This document shows positions 1 through 10,193 of a DNA stretch of 64,000 nt, in pieces. Both the position numbers and the translations under genes were made by a program. This DNA is from a virus. The notes under the pieces were generated by a model. That model saw only the letters and a list, made by a program, of their open reading frames with translations. It did not search any database and was not told where the DNA came from. Where the stretch lies: IMG/VR virus record IMGVR_UViG_3300025096_000004, positions 127,496-191,495 of that record; one strand, given 5' to 3'. Positions within the stretch are counted from its first letter, which is position 1, and each line of letters opens with the position of its first letter.

Positions 1-1
1 T

Positions 2-1876
2 GGAATTGGAACAACTACTCCTACCGCCCTCCTTCATGTAAATGGAGCAACCACAATAGAGGGCGACTTAACTGTCAATGGCACCACTACAACCGTTAAT
101 AGTACAACACTAACGGTTGATGACAAGAATATTGAATTAAATACGAGCCCAAGTGGTACCGCTGGAACCGATTCTACCGCAGATGGCGGAGGACTTACAC
201 TTAAAGGCGATACCGATAAGACTATCCTTTGGGAGAATGACACAGATGCTTGGCACTACAACCAAGGAATCAACATTACCAGTGGAAAGCTTGGTATTGG
301 AATGTCAACAGCGCCTACTAGCCAATTGGAGATTGAAGGGTCATCAGGAGACCTTGTCATTGAGATAGACAACAACGCAGCAAACTCGTCCAATTTCAAG
401 ATTAATAATGGAGCAGGCAACGCCCGTACCGATTTTGTTTTAGATAACAACACCCATGTTACACTAAAAGGTCAAAGAGTTGGTATATTGGATACAAGTC
501 CTTCATACACTATGGACATCAACGGAACACTTCGATCAGTCGCAGAGGCATACTTTAATACGGACGCAACGATTGGCGATGACCTTTCTATGCTTTCAGA
601 CGCCGCCGTCATAAATTTCGGTGCGGATAGCGATATAAAGTTAACCCACACTGCTGATACAAACTTGGTTCTGTCAGGGGTCGGCTCTTCTACCGGCTTG
701 GTTATTAATAATACGGACACCGGTGATTCATTCTTGGCCTTCGCTGTGGATGCTTCATCACCGCCTACTCAAGTCTTTACCATGGGCGTCGATGATGCTG
801 ATGCTGATAAATTTAAGATCGGTACCACATCAATAGCATCTAATACCCGCTTGACTATTGATAGCACCGGTAAAGTTGGTATTGGAGCAGATACTCCGAC
901 CAGTCTTTTGGAATTAGAAAGCGCCAGCGGCGATTTGACATTCGAGATGGATAACAATGTATCGAATTCATCAAACTTCAAAATCAAATGTGGCGCCGCC
1001 GACGACAGAGTAGAAATGTCTGTGGATGATCAAATGCACATAACGTTGAAGGGTCAAAGGGTTGGTATTTTGGACACAAGCCCTTCTTATACCTTAGATG
1101 TAAATGGCACTGGTCAAATTACAAGCAATCTCATCGTCGGAGACGACTTATTTTTACAATCCGATGCGGCTGTTTTAAGTTTCGGTGCCGGTGACGATGT
1201 TACTCTAACTCACACAAATGATGTTGGCCTTCACTTAAACGCCGGCATGAGACTTGGTTTTCGGGACCAAGGCGGCGAGTACATTTATTCTGTGTCTGAT
1301 GGCACTCTTGGAATTGTTGCTGCAACCGAGATCGACCTAACAGCAACAACAATTGACATTAATGGCGCTTGCGACATAAGTGGAGCTTTCACTCTTAACG
1401 GTACAACTTTGGCCGAGACCATCGCCGATACAGTCGGAGCAATGGTTGGCTCAAACACAGAAACTGGCATTGCCGTAACTTATGAAGACGGTGATAATAC
1501 ACTTGATTTTGTTCTCGCAGCAGCCCAAACCACAATCACCTCTTTGTTGGCAACAGACATCAAGATTGGTGAAGACGATCAAACTAAGATTGATTTTGAA
1601 ACTGCGGATGAAATTCACTTCTATGCAGCCAACGTCCATCAGGTAAAACTTACAGATAATATGTTTGGACCTCAAGCAGATAGTGATGTTGATCTGGGAA
1701 CAACTGGCGTCCGCTGGAAGGCCGGCTATTTTGATGATGTTCACACTGGTGACCTTCATTTATCAAATGATCGTGGAGATTGGACAGTTATAGAAGAAGA
1801 AGACTATTTAAGTTTAAGAAATAATAAGAACGGGAAACTGTTCAAAATCGTCATGCAAGAAATTTTGGAGGAATAA
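2..1876 (+). CDS. tail fibre / fibre-like structural protein (5' partial)
   Basis: The frame of track ORF 302..1876 is open back to base 2 (GIGTTTPTALLHVNG...). It has GIGT-x-P fibre motifs, G/T/D/S-rich composition and an internal duplication (GQRVGILDTSPSY twice). Confidence 0.7.
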   Translation, partial: GIGTTTPTALLHVNGATTIEGDLTVNGTTTTVNSTTLTVDDKNIELNTSPSGTAGTDSTADGGGLTLKGDTDKTILWENDTDAWHYNQGINITSGKLGIGMSTAPTSQLEIEGSSGDLVIEIDNNAANSSNFKINNGAGNARTDFVLDNNTHVTLKGQRVGILDTSPSYTMDINGTLRSVAEAYFNTDATIGDDLSMLSDAAVINFGADSDIKLTHTADTNLVLSGVGSSTGLVINNTDTGDSFLAFAVDASSPPTQVFTMGVDDADADKFKIGTTSIASNTRLTIDSTGKVGIGADTPTSLLELESASGDLTFEMDNNVSNSSNFKIKCGAADDRVEMSVDDQMHITLKGQRVGILDTSPSYTLDVNGTGQITSNLIVGDDLFLQSDAAVLSFGAGDDVTLTHTNDVGLHLNAGMRLGFRDQGGEYIYSVSDGTLGIVAATEIDLTATTIDINGACDISGAFTLNGTTLAETIADTVGAMVGSNTETGIAVTYEDGDNTLDFVLAAAQTTITSLLATDIKIGEDDQTKIDFETADEIHFYAANVHQVKLTDNMFGPQADSDVDLGTTGVRWKAGYFDDVHTGDLHLSNDRGDWTVIEEEDYLSLRNNKNGKLFKIVMQEILEE

Positions 1877-1879
1877 TAA

Positions 1880-4800
1880 ATGGCAGGATTAACAACAACA
1901 ACAGTAGCGGCAGTCGCGGATGATGTCACATTTAAAGACGGCAATGGAAATGAAACATTGGTTCTTAAAGAAACAGCGTCCGCTGAAAACCATGTGCAAG
2001 TTCAAAATGCAGCAGATGGTAATGGCCCTACTATATCTGCCATTGGTGATGATACCAATGTTGATTTGAATGTCGCCGCCAAAGGTTCTGGTGTGGTTAA
2101 TGTTACCTCCGACATGAAAATCACCGGCACAACCCCAACTCTTACAGTTGGAGACGCAGGTGCCGAGGATACAATGATTGTATTCGATGGTAATGCTGCC
2201 GACTTCCGAATTGGTCTAGATGATGGTACAGATTCTCTTGAAATTGGAGCAGGCTCTGCACACGGAACAACTGCTGGACTTGTGATAAATTCTTCTGGTC
2301 AAGTTACTGGTATCGGAGATGATACTCCTTCAAATGAGCAAGTTTTAACTTGGACAACCTCTGGTACTGCACGAGCAGTATGGGCCACTGCCTCAACTGG
2401 CGGAGAAGCAGACTCTGTCGCTGCTGATAATATCTCCGATGGCAATGCTGCGGTAAACATTATTACAACTTCAGGCGATATCACAATTGATGCCCAAGCA
2501 AATGACGCAGACGTAATTATTAAAGTTGATGATGCCGGCTCTTCGGTAACAGCAGTAACATTTGATGGTAGCGACGAAGGTAACGCAATCTTTGTCAATG
2601 ACCTTAAGCTACAATCAGACGCTTCCGTAATTCACTTTGGTGCAAATGATGAAATTACAATGACGCATGTTCATAATAGCGGATTAACCATAACAAATAC
2701 AGTTAATGGGACAGATGACTCACCTGTCATTTTAACTTTAAAGTCTGAAGAAGATGCAATCGTTGCTGATGATGTAATTGGAACAATTAACTTTACAGCA
2801 GGCGATAGCGATGGAACAGATGGAGCGGCAATAGCTGCTTCAATTGAGGCTCTGGCCGAAGACACCTTCTCTGCTAGTGTCAATGAGACAAGTTTAATAT
2901 TTAAGACCGGTGCTTCGGAAGCAGCAGTCGAAAAAGCGAGATTGTGGTCTGACGGTATGCTTGAATTGACAGATTGTGTTTCTGTCGCCGGTGCTTTTGC
3001 TGCGATCCAAGGTGCTGGTAGTTATGGAGTTATGGATTATGCGAGTAACCATACTCGCATCATTTCAAGAGGTGCAAACGGCTCCACGTTGGGAGGAATA
3101 ACACTTGTTCAGGAAGCTAACGACGCCAGTCCAAGTCAAAACACCTTAGTCTTGGATACTTCTGGAAATGCAGCTTTTCTTGCTGACCTGTCCGTTGGTG
3201 ACGATCTTTCATTAGTATCCGATTCCGCCGTGCTCTCTTTCGGCGCAGGATCAGAGACCACGCTTACTCACACAAACGATGTAGGACTGGCTCTCCGCCA
3301 AACTGGCGCCAATGCAATACAATGGAAAATTTTGCAAAATAACGCGACCGATGGTTGGGGTTTTCATGCCGATAGCTCCGATGGCAAAATGAAGATTTCC
3401 CGTATCTCCGCAAGCCAAACTGGATTCTTTTCAGTCAGTAGCGAAGGCGCCGCAGAACTTGAGGGAGAGTCCGCCAGTCTGGTGATTGATAATGATGCGA
3501 CCGATGCCGACCCAATGGTCCAATTCGCCCTTAGTGGAACTGTTAAATGGTCTGTTGGTTGCGAGGATGGCGACTCCGATAAATTTGTTATTGAAAATGG
3601 TGCCGGTGCTCTGGGCGCTGCACCCGCATTAGAAATAGATTCTAGTTCAAATGTTACTGTAACCGGTGATGTTAACGTTGGAGACGATCTTACACTAACG
3701 TCTGATGCTTCTGTTTTAACTTTCGGAGCCGGCAGTGATGTAACTTTTACCCACGACAACGGAACAGGGATGGATATTACATCTGCTGGAAATTTAGATA
3801 TTGATTGTACTGCTGGTTCTATTACACTGGGCGCTTCCTTAGCAGACGGCCAGACACTTAAACTCGGAAAGAATGGAGCAGTTGAAACTATCATTGCTCC
3901 TCATGGAACGGCAGGTAGTGAACTCTATTCTGTAATCAACACATCAGGAGTTACCGATGGTACCGACGCCGCCGGCTCAATCTTACTCAGCGCGGTTGCT
4001 GGCGGAATTGGCCTTGCTTGGGCTGATACCAAAGACCTTTGGGCTGAAGGTGGCGCCATGTCGTTTGTTGCTAATGAGAATAGAGCTAATGCTATTCACC
4101 TCCATGCAGACGCTGGCGCAGATCAAACAATCTTATTGCAAAACGATGAAGGAACGGGTACCGGAGCCGATGATGGTTCTAGTGCTATTCAACTCCACTC
4201 AGGGGCTGGTGGTATAGGTATAACTTGCGCGGCTACAAAGAAGCTTTATATGGATGCCGGAACATTTACTTTGAAGACATCCCAAAATGATTCTGGTGCA
4301 ATCTTGCTTCATGCCGATGAAGGTACAGCACAGGTTATTAAACTTGTTAACGATGAAGGAAACACCGACGGAACCGCTGGTGCCGGAGCAATTGACATTG
4401 AAGCCACTGCTGGTGGAATAAGTCTTTTATGGGCAGACACCAAAGACCTGTGGGCCGAAGGCGGCCAAGCTATGATTGTTGCAAATCACAACACCGCCAA
4501 CGCCATCAAACTACATGCAGATGCTGGAGCCGCCCAAACCATTCAGATCCTTAACGATGAAGGTACAGTAGACGGAACCGCCGGAGCCGGAGCAATTGAT
4601 ATTGAAGCCACAGCCGGAGGCATGAGCCTCTTGTGGGCCGACACCAAAGACCTTTGGGCTGAAGGCGGAGCAATAATGCTTGTCGCCAATGAAAATAAAG
4701 CATCGGCCATTCAAATCCATGCTGATGCCGGCGCAAACCAAACGATTCAGATCATCAATGATGAAGGATCAGTTGAGGGAACTTACGGCTCTGGAGCAAT

Positions 4801-5707
4801 TGATATTGAAGCCACTGCTGGCGGAATAAGCCTCTTATGGAATGATGCAAAAGATCTTTGGGCTGAAGGTGGACAGTTTATTGTCACCGCCAATCATGAT
4901 ACTGCTGATTGTATTAAATTGCATGCTGATGCGGGAACATCTCAACAGATAACGGTTCTAAATGATGCAGGCACAAATGCCGCAGCAATTGGATTGACAG
5001 CCTCTGCTGGTGGTATTTCATTGACTTCTGCCGCCACCACTGCGACTGATGGTGTTACAATCACAGCATCCCAAACCACAAAAGATGCGGTTCAAATTAC
5101 AGCAAACTCACTTACAACCGCATACGGAATTGATATGGAGGCTGACGCTCTTACAACCGGTGGTCTTGCTCGTTTTGTTTCTAATGCAAGCAGTGATGAC
5201 AATCGTAGTCTTGTAACCATTGATGCAGAACATGCAAATTCTGATAATGTTGTGCCTCTTGATATTTCAAATGCATGTACTCATGCTGATGGAAATATTA
5301 TTGCTAGGTTCACTGGGCCTCTTGATGGGCTGAATGTAAAAACTAAGCAGGTAATACTAAATAGCGTCAACCACGGCTCGAATTTCTGGGTCGATGCGAG
5401 TAACTTCTTTCCTGCTGGGTGTACAGTTCTTGGTTTGACAGCAAAGGTAACAACGGTCATCCCCGCTTCTAAATATATTTCACAAATCGGCATCGTCCAA
5501 GGCGGAACGCCTGATCTAGATGCATTTGGCGTTTTTGCCAATGCTGCTACACTTGGTGCCGAGGACACCTCGGCCAAAATGGTTCCAAGAGTATTTCTAG
5601 ATCATTCCGCCCAAGCAGACCTAAGAATAACTTTTGATGGGAACCCCGGCGCCACATCTGGTGTAATTCGGGTTACGCTGTTTTACACGGACCAAGTTCC
5701 GGGATAA
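1880..5707 (+). CDS. long tail fibre / adhesin-like protein with tandem 68-aa repeats
   Basis: 1275 aa, A/G/T/D-rich beta-type composition, GGAGG RBS, shares a repeat module with the upstream fibre gene. Confidence 0.65.
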   Translation: MAGLTTTTVAAVADDVTFKDGNGNETLVLKETASAENHVQVQNAADGNGPTISAIGDDTNVDLNVAAKGSGVVNVTSDMKITGTTPTLTVGDAGAEDTMIVFDGNAADFRIGLDDGTDSLEIGAGSAHGTTAGLVINSSGQVTGIGDDTPSNEQVLTWTTSGTARAVWATASTGGEADSVAADNISDGNAAVNIITTSGDITIDAQANDADVIIKVDDAGSSVTAVTFDGSDEGNAIFVNDLKLQSDASVIHFGANDEITMTHVHNSGLTITNTVNGTDDSPVILTLKSEEDAIVADDVIGTINFTAGDSDGTDGAAIAASIEALAEDTFSASVNETSLIFKTGASEAAVEKARLWSDGMLELTDCVSVAGAFAAIQGAGSYGVMDYASNHTRIISRGANGSTLGGITLVQEANDASPSQNTLVLDTSGNAAFLADLSVGDDLSLVSDSAVLSFGAGSETTLTHTNDVGLALRQTGANAIQWKILQNNATDGWGFHADSSDGKMKISRISASQTGFFSVSSEGAAELEGESASLVIDNDATDADPMVQFALSGTVKWSVGCEDGDSDKFVIENGAGALGAAPALEIDSSSNVTVTGDVNVGDDLTLTSDASVLTFGAGSDVTFTHDNGTGMDITSAGNLDIDCTAGSITLGASLADGQTLKLGKNGAVETIIAPHGTAGSELYSVINTSGVTDGTDAAGSILLSAVAGGIGLAWADTKDLWAEGGAMSFVANENRANAIHLHADAGADQTILLQNDEGTGTGADDGSSAIQLHSGAGGIGITCAATKKLYMDAGTFTLKTSQNDSGAILLHADEGTAQVIKLVNDEGNTDGTAGAGAIDIEATAGGISLLWADTKDLWAEGGQAMIVANHNTANAIKLHADAGAAQTIQILNDEGTVDGTAGAGAIDIEATAGGMSLLWADTKDLWAEGGAIMLVANENKASAIQIHADAGANQTIQIINDEGSVEGTYGSGAIDIEATAGGISLLWNDAKDLWAEGGQFIVTANHDTADCIKLHADAGTSQQITVLNDAGTNAAAIGLTASAGGISLTSAATTATDGVTITASQTTKDAVQITANSLTTAYGIDMEADALTTGGLARFVSNASSDDNRSLVTIDAEHANSDNVVPLDISNACTHADGNIIARFTGPLDGLNVKTKQVILNSVNHGSNFWVDASNFFPAGCTVLGLTAKVTTVIPASKYISQIGIVQGGTPDLDAFGVFANAATLGAEDTSAKMVPRVFLDHSAQADLRITFDGNPGATSGVIRVTLFYTDQVPG
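3960..4980 (+). repeat. in-frame 204-nt (68-aa) tandem repeats, about 4 full units plus a partial
   Basis: AA(C/T)GATGAAGG at 4349, 4553 and 4757 (204-nt spacing). Unit is AIDIEATAGGISLLWADTKDLWAEGG...HADAG...NDEG. Confidence 0.9.
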
Positions 5708-5737
5708 TAATCCATTATGACTTTTACCCAAGACTAT

Positions 5738-5745
5738 ACTAATTA
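5738..5745 (+). promoter_or_regulatory. putative late promoter motif ACTAnTTA
   Basis: ACTAATTA in the intergenic space before the scaffold gene. Confidence 0.6.
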
Positions 5746-5779
5746 TAAAAGAATACAAATACCTTTAGGAGAAAATTGA

Positions 5780-6988
5780 ATGTCCTCAATGTTGGAACAA
5801 GCAATTGTAGATGCCGCATCACTAAGAGAAGCAGCACTAAAAAACGCTGAGCAAGCTATTATTGAGAAATATGCACCCGAGATCAAAAGCGCTGTTGAAA
5901 GCATGCTGCAAGAAGAACCCGGCCAACGAGGAATGGGATCTCCCGTTCGACATGGTGGACAATTGGCACGAGTTACAGTTGAGTCCGATAACGGACAAGT
6001 TGGAATCCAATACACTTCCGGCGGCAAGACTCATTTAGTTAACGAGGCCGATCTTGAGGAAGCTACAGAAGACGATATCCTCCAAGAAGAAGAAGGTGAT
6101 ATGATGGGCGGAGCTATGTCTTCCGAACCAGCCGGCTCTGACATGAACATTCCACTCGGCGCCGCAGGCGGAGAAGCTATGTGTCCTTGCCCAGATGACG
6201 AAGATTCTGTATCTTTTGAGTTCTCAATGGATGATTTTAAGGACATGGCTCAAGAGGAAGAACCCGGCGAACCATTCCCGACCCCCGGAGCAGACGAATT
6301 GGGTTTAGATCTCGGAGACGAAGAAGAAGACCCTCTCGCTCTTCAAGAGGACAACCGCTTTCAAGAAGTTCTTGATATGCTTGACGAAATCGCCACAAGC
6401 GACGATGCCGAGGTCATTGCAGAGGATACTCTAGAAGAAGAATTAGTTATTGATATGGCAGGCCAGCACAAGAATGGCACCATTGAGACCAACGAATCCA
6501 CCCTTGCCTATCAGCAAGAAATGGAATTAGCAAAGCAAGAATCTACCAAACATAAGGAAGAGAACGAAGCTTTGGGAAAGAAACTCGAAGAGCTTGATGA
6601 AGCTTACAATAAGTTAAGCAAAGAACATGAACTCTACGAGAACACAATTTACAAATTAAATCAGAAGGTTCAAAGTACCCTTCTGTCAAACGCAAAATTA
6701 CTTTATTCAAATCGTGTATTGAGAGATGCCTCCTTGAATGAGCGACAAAAAGTTAAAATTGTCGAAGCCATCCAAAAAGCACGTAAACCAGAAGAAGCGA
6801 AAGCTCTTTGGGAAACCCTCAGAACTACAGTGGGATCTGACAATAAAAAGAAAGGTCCACAATCACTTAGTGAGTCAGTCAACCGAAGGTCCAACCTTTC
6901 TTCTATGTTGCCTCGTCGCAACAACGTACAATCCAAGCAAGAAGATTCATTCTCAGAGAGGATGAGGAAGCTTGCAGGCATTAAATAA
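5780..6988 (+). CDS. prohead scaffolding/core protein (T4 gp22-like position)
   Basis: Directly upstream of the major capsid gene. Very acidic centre, coiled-coil C-half, many [LI]-x-E sites. Confidence 0.7.
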   Translation: MSSMLEQAIVDAASLREAALKNAEQAIIEKYAPEIKSAVESMLQEEPGQRGMGSPVRHGGQLARVTVESDNGQVGIQYTSGGKTHLVNEADLEEATEDDILQEEEGDMMGGAMSSEPAGSDMNIPLGAAGGEAMCPCPDDEDSVSFEFSMDDFKDMAQEEEPGEPFPTPGADELGLDLGDEEEDPLALQEDNRFQEVLDMLDEIATSDDAEVIAEDTLEEELVIDMAGQHKNGTIETNESTLAYQQEMELAKQESTKHKEENEALGKKLEELDEAYNKLSKEHELYENTIYKLNQKVQSTLLSNAKLLYSNRVLRDASLNERQKVKIVEAIQKARKPEEAKALWETLRTTVGSDNKKKGPQSLSESVNRRSNLSSMLPRRNNVQSKQEDSFSERMRKLAGIK

Positions 6989-7008
6989 CATTTAAGGAGG
7001 TTTAAACT

Positions 7009-8940
7009 ATGTCTATAATTGAAAAATTGACAGAAGGCATTGTGAACCGTGACATGAAGAAAGAAGGGCAAGCTCTTCTTAACAAATGGACGGCCACAGG
7101 TCTTCTCGAAGGTCTTGAAACTGAACAAATGAAGCATAATATGGCTCGTTTGCTCGAAAATCAAGCCAAAGAGCTTCTCCGAGAAGCATCTGGTATGGGA
7201 GCCAGAGGTGACGTTGCAGGTTTTGCTGCTGTCGCATTCCCAATTGTTCGGCGTGTATTCGCCGGACTGATCGCTAATGATCTTGTTAGTGTTCAACCGA
7301 TGAGTTTGCCATCTGGCCTCATCTTCTTCCTCGATTTCGTCTATGGTGATGAACTCGGCGCCGGAACAAATGCTGCTGGAGCAACTCGCTTTGGTAACAC
7401 AATGGGTAACCAAACCGGTCCAGCCGAAGGCGATTCAATCTATGGTGGTGGCAAGGTCGCCTCTGGTATCTCAGAAGGTGTTAATCTTGTTGGTGCCACC
7501 AATAAAGAAACCCTTGGTGGTCCTCGTCAAGCTGTTGGTTATGCTTATGGCTCTCCAACTGGCTCCAATGCTGATGCACTTGCAAACGGTAATGCTGAAT
7601 CTAAACTTGTTTGTGCGTATCACTTAGATGGAACCATTAATGCAGATATGGGTAACGCTATTCTTTGGGATCCTGATTTGCTGGCATCTACCGACAGTTC
7701 ATTGATTATTTTTGCAATTGATGTTGTTGCTGGTACTGTGGGTTCCGCTGATTCTAATGCTTTCGAATCGGTTACAAGTGGTGTTGTCGATGCAGACTTT
7801 GACAATCTTGCAGCGTTTGAATTGGATACTGCTGAAGCCGCAATTTATTTGAATGACTGTACAAACATTTCAAGTGTTGCAGCCGGCGATATCCAACAGA
7901 TTCGTCGCTTGACTCATCTTGTAGACGCAAATTCTGCTTTTGTGTCGTCTTTGACCAACAATGCAAAAGCAGTTCGTTTTGTTTTTGTCGGAACAGCATC
8001 TGGCATTACATTCACTTCTGCAAATAATACCACAACTCCTGCAAAACCATCATCTGCTGATTGGGGTGCTACTAAAGTTACATTCCCCGTAAAGGATCAA
8101 GCTAAGTCAACTGCTACCTCTGCTGGTGCATTGACCTCATTCGCCATGCCATTGGAAATGAATGATAAGATCCCAGAGATCGACATCAAGGTCGATAGCA
8201 TCGCTATCACCGCTCAAACCAAGAAACTGAAGGCCAAATGGTCACCAGAGCTTGGTCAAGATCTTAATGCATACCACAACTTGGATGCTGAAGTTGAGTT
8301 GACCTCTATCCTTTCTGAGCAAGTTGCTCTTGAAATCGATCGAGAAATCTTGGCTGATCTTGTGAATGGTGCAAAAGCTGCGACCTATTATTGGTCTCGT
8401 TCTCCCGGCCTTTTCGTTAATCGCTTGACTGGTGCTGAACTTGGTGCAACTTCTGCTGCTCCCGACTTCACTGGAACGGTTTCCGAATGGTATGAAACCT
8501 TGATTGAAACAATTAATGATGTTTCTGCTCAAATTCATATGAAGACACTTCGCGGTGGCGCCAATTTTGTTGTTTGCTCTCCTGAAGTTGCTAACATTCT
8601 TGAGTTTACCTCTGGTTTCCGAGCTAATGTCACTGCTGATGCAGATAAGGGCGACATCGGAGCAGTTAAGGCTGGTTCTCTGAATCGTAAATTCGACGTT
8701 ATCGTTGATCCTTACTTCCTTCGTAACGTAATCCTTATTGGGCGTAAAGGAAATTCTTTCCTTGAGTCTGGTTATGTGTATGCACCTTATGTGCCTCTCC
8801 AAACCACTCCAACGATCTTCGGCGTAGAGGACTTCGTGCCTCGTAAAGGGGTTATGACCCGTTACGCTAAGAAGATGGTCCGTCCTGATATGTACGGTCT
8901 CGTCATCATTCGAGGTCTTCTTGGAGAGTCTGGTTCCTAA
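7009..8940 (+). CDS. major capsid protein, T4 gp23-like
   Basis: Motifs FPIVRRVF, VSVQPMSLPSGLIFFLDF, KKLKAKWSPELGQDLNAYHNLDAEVEL, YAPYVPL and KGVMTRYAK. Confidence 0.95.
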   Translation: MSIIEKLTEGIVNRDMKKEGQALLNKWTATGLLEGLETEQMKHNMARLLENQAKELLREASGMGARGDVAGFAAVAFPIVRRVFAGLIANDLVSVQPMSLPSGLIFFLDFVYGDELGAGTNAAGATRFGNTMGNQTGPAEGDSIYGGGKVASGISEGVNLVGATNKETLGGPRQAVGYAYGSPTGSNADALANGNAESKLVCAYHLDGTINADMGNAILWDPDLLASTDSSLIIFAIDVVAGTVGSADSNAFESVTSGVVDADFDNLAAFELDTAEAAIYLNDCTNISSVAAGDIQQIRRLTHLVDANSAFVSSLTNNAKAVRFVFVGTASGITFTSANNTTTPAKPSSADWGATKVTFPVKDQAKSTATSAGALTSFAMPLEMNDKIPEIDIKVDSIAITAQTKKLKAKWSPELGQDLNAYHNLDAEVELTSILSEQVALEIDREILADLVNGAKAATYYWSRSPGLFVNRLTGAELGATSAAPDFTGTVSEWYETLIETINDVSAQIHMKTLRGGANFVVCSPEVANILEFTSGFRANVTADADKGDIGAVKAGSLNRKFDVIVDPYFLRNVILIGRKGNSFLESGYVYAPYVPLQTTPTIFGVEDFVPRKGVMTRYAKKMVRPDMYGLVIIRGLLGESGS

Positions 8941-8967
8941 TCAGATAATCTAGGAAATTAAAATATG

Positions 8968-9000
8968 CCCCCGGAGGAAACTCCGGGGGTTTTCTTTTTC
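8968..9000 (+). terminator. intrinsic terminator after capsid gene
   Basis: CCCCCGGAG-GAAA-CTCCGGGGG stem with a GNRA loop, followed by a T-run. Confidence 0.9.
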
Positions 9001-9005
9001 TGGAT

Positions 9006-9013
9006 ACTATTTA
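9006..9013 (+). promoter_or_regulatory. putative late promoter motif
   Basis: ACTATTTA immediately after the terminator, before the 9069 gene. Confidence 0.65.
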
Positions 9014-9068
9014 CTAATGATTACGCACCGAGCGTAAAGAAGAATTACATACTAAGGAGATATAAATT

Positions 9069-9539
9069 ATGTCAAGAGTTGCAAGAAGCGCAAGAGTCGC
9101 AAGCCGACAAAGAGTTGAGACACTTAGTGGAGCAAAAACCATTGAATCGGCAGAAACCGGTGAACTTTACTTGGTGTCCGCCGCCTCTACAGTGACTTTG
9201 CCACGCCCACAAGAGGGTGCTTACTTTAAATTTATTGTTAGTGCTGATATCACAAGCGCCAGCGCACTGGTTATTCAATCCCATGCTGCTGGTTCTGGAG
9301 ATATGGCCGGAAGTGTTCAATGTGTTACTGAAGGTGGCAGTGGACATGCTGGCGATAATCATGCTGATGCCCAAGCTGCAATTGCCGATGGGCATGATAA
9401 ATTGACTATTGGTGATGGCTCAAACCCTATTCATGCGGGCTCTCGTGTGGAGTGCGTTTCTGATGGTACAAACTGGTTTGTTCATGGGTTCATATGGGCA
9501 AACGATAATGGTGCCGCAGCAGCATTTGGCGACCAATAG
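9069..9539 (+). CDS. small virion protein, capsid decoration-like (paralog A)
   Basis: Follows the MCP. LYLVSAA..VTLP..GA.FKF.V and WF..G motifs; clear paralog of the 9664 gene. Confidence 0.55.
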   Translation: MSRVARSARVASRQRVETLSGAKTIESAETGELYLVSAASTVTLPRPQEGAYFKFIVSADITSASALVIQSHAAGSGDMAGSVQCVTEGGSGHAGDNHADAQAAIADGHDKLTIGDGSNPIHAGSRVECVSDGTNWFVHGFIWANDNGAAAAFGDQ

Positions 9540-9568
9540 TCTCACAAGCTCCTCAAGAAAAAGACAAG

Positions 9569-9590
9569 GCTCACTTCGGTGAGCTTTTTC
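9569..9590 (+). terminator. intrinsic terminator
   Basis: GCTCAC-TTCG-GTGAGC followed by TTTTT. Confidence 0.9.
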
Positions 9591-9601
9591 TATATGAGAG
9601 C

Positions 9602-9609
9602 ACTACTTA
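9602..9609 (+). promoter_or_regulatory. putative late promoter motif
   Basis: ACTACTTA after the terminator. Confidence 0.6.
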
Positions 9610-9663
9610 GTAATGAAGAACAAACATGTGTTCTTAATTAATTTTATAAGGAGAAACCTATAC

Positions 9664-10131
9664 ATGTCATATGTCGCAAAATATCAAAGAGTCGCCACCA
9701 TTTCTGGCAATTACGCCATTGGCGGAACCAACCAAGCTGACCACGCTCAAGAATCGGGCCGACTCTATTTAGTTAGTGCTGCTTGCACAGTTACTCTTCC
9801 CGCAGTCAGAGATGGCGCCTATTATAAATTTGTTGTTAAGCAAGATATCACCAGTGCCAGCGCTTTAATTATCAATGCTGTTGCCGGAGAAGATATGGCT
9901 GGATCCATTCGGGTTCATGTTGAGGGAAGCTCAGGAAACGCCGCTGAACTCACCGCCATTGCACAGGCAGACCCCGCTGATGGTCACGACAAATTAACTA
10001 TTGGCGGTGGCTCCAATGCCCTCCATGCTGGTTCTTGGGTTGAATGTTTCTCTGATGGCACCTATTGGTATCTTTATGGCGACATGTGGGCCAATAATGA
10101 TGCTGTTGTTGCTACTTTCGGAGATCAGTAA
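9664..10131 (+). CDS. small virion protein, capsid decoration-like (paralog B)
   Basis: Start moved from 9613 to ATG 9664 (AGGAG RBS; aligns with the paralog A N-terminus). Both paralogs end FGDQ. Confidence 0.55.
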   Translation: MSYVAKYQRVATISGNYAIGGTNQADHAQESGRLYLVSAACTVTLPAVRDGAYYKFVVKQDITSASALIINAVAGEDMAGSIRVHVEGSSGNAAELTAIAQADPADGHDKLTIGGGSNALHAGSWVECFSDGTYWYLYGDMWANNDAVVATFGDQ

Positions 10132-10155
10132 CTTTTCTTCAATAGTAAGATCAAA

Positions 10156-10176
10156 GCTCACTTCGGTGGGCTTTTT
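10156..10176 (+). terminator. intrinsic terminator
   Basis: GCTCAC-TTCG-GTGGGC-TTTTT, nearly identical to the 9569 terminator. Confidence 0.9.
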
Positions 10177-10185
10177 CTGTTTGAG

Positions 10186-10193
10186 ACTATTTA
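10186..10193 (+). promoter_or_regulatory. putative late promoter motif
   Basis: ACTATTTA after the terminator. Confidence 0.65.

Noticed and set aside
320-4980. Fibre gene repeats as a diversity-generating retroelement TR/VR pair
   Set aside because: Differences are mostly synonymous and not adenine-specific, and no reverse transcriptase is present in the window.
8965-9195. 76-aa + strand ORF after the capsid gene
   Set aside because: It starts within the terminator hairpin, lacks an RBS and overlaps the real 9069 gene out of frame.
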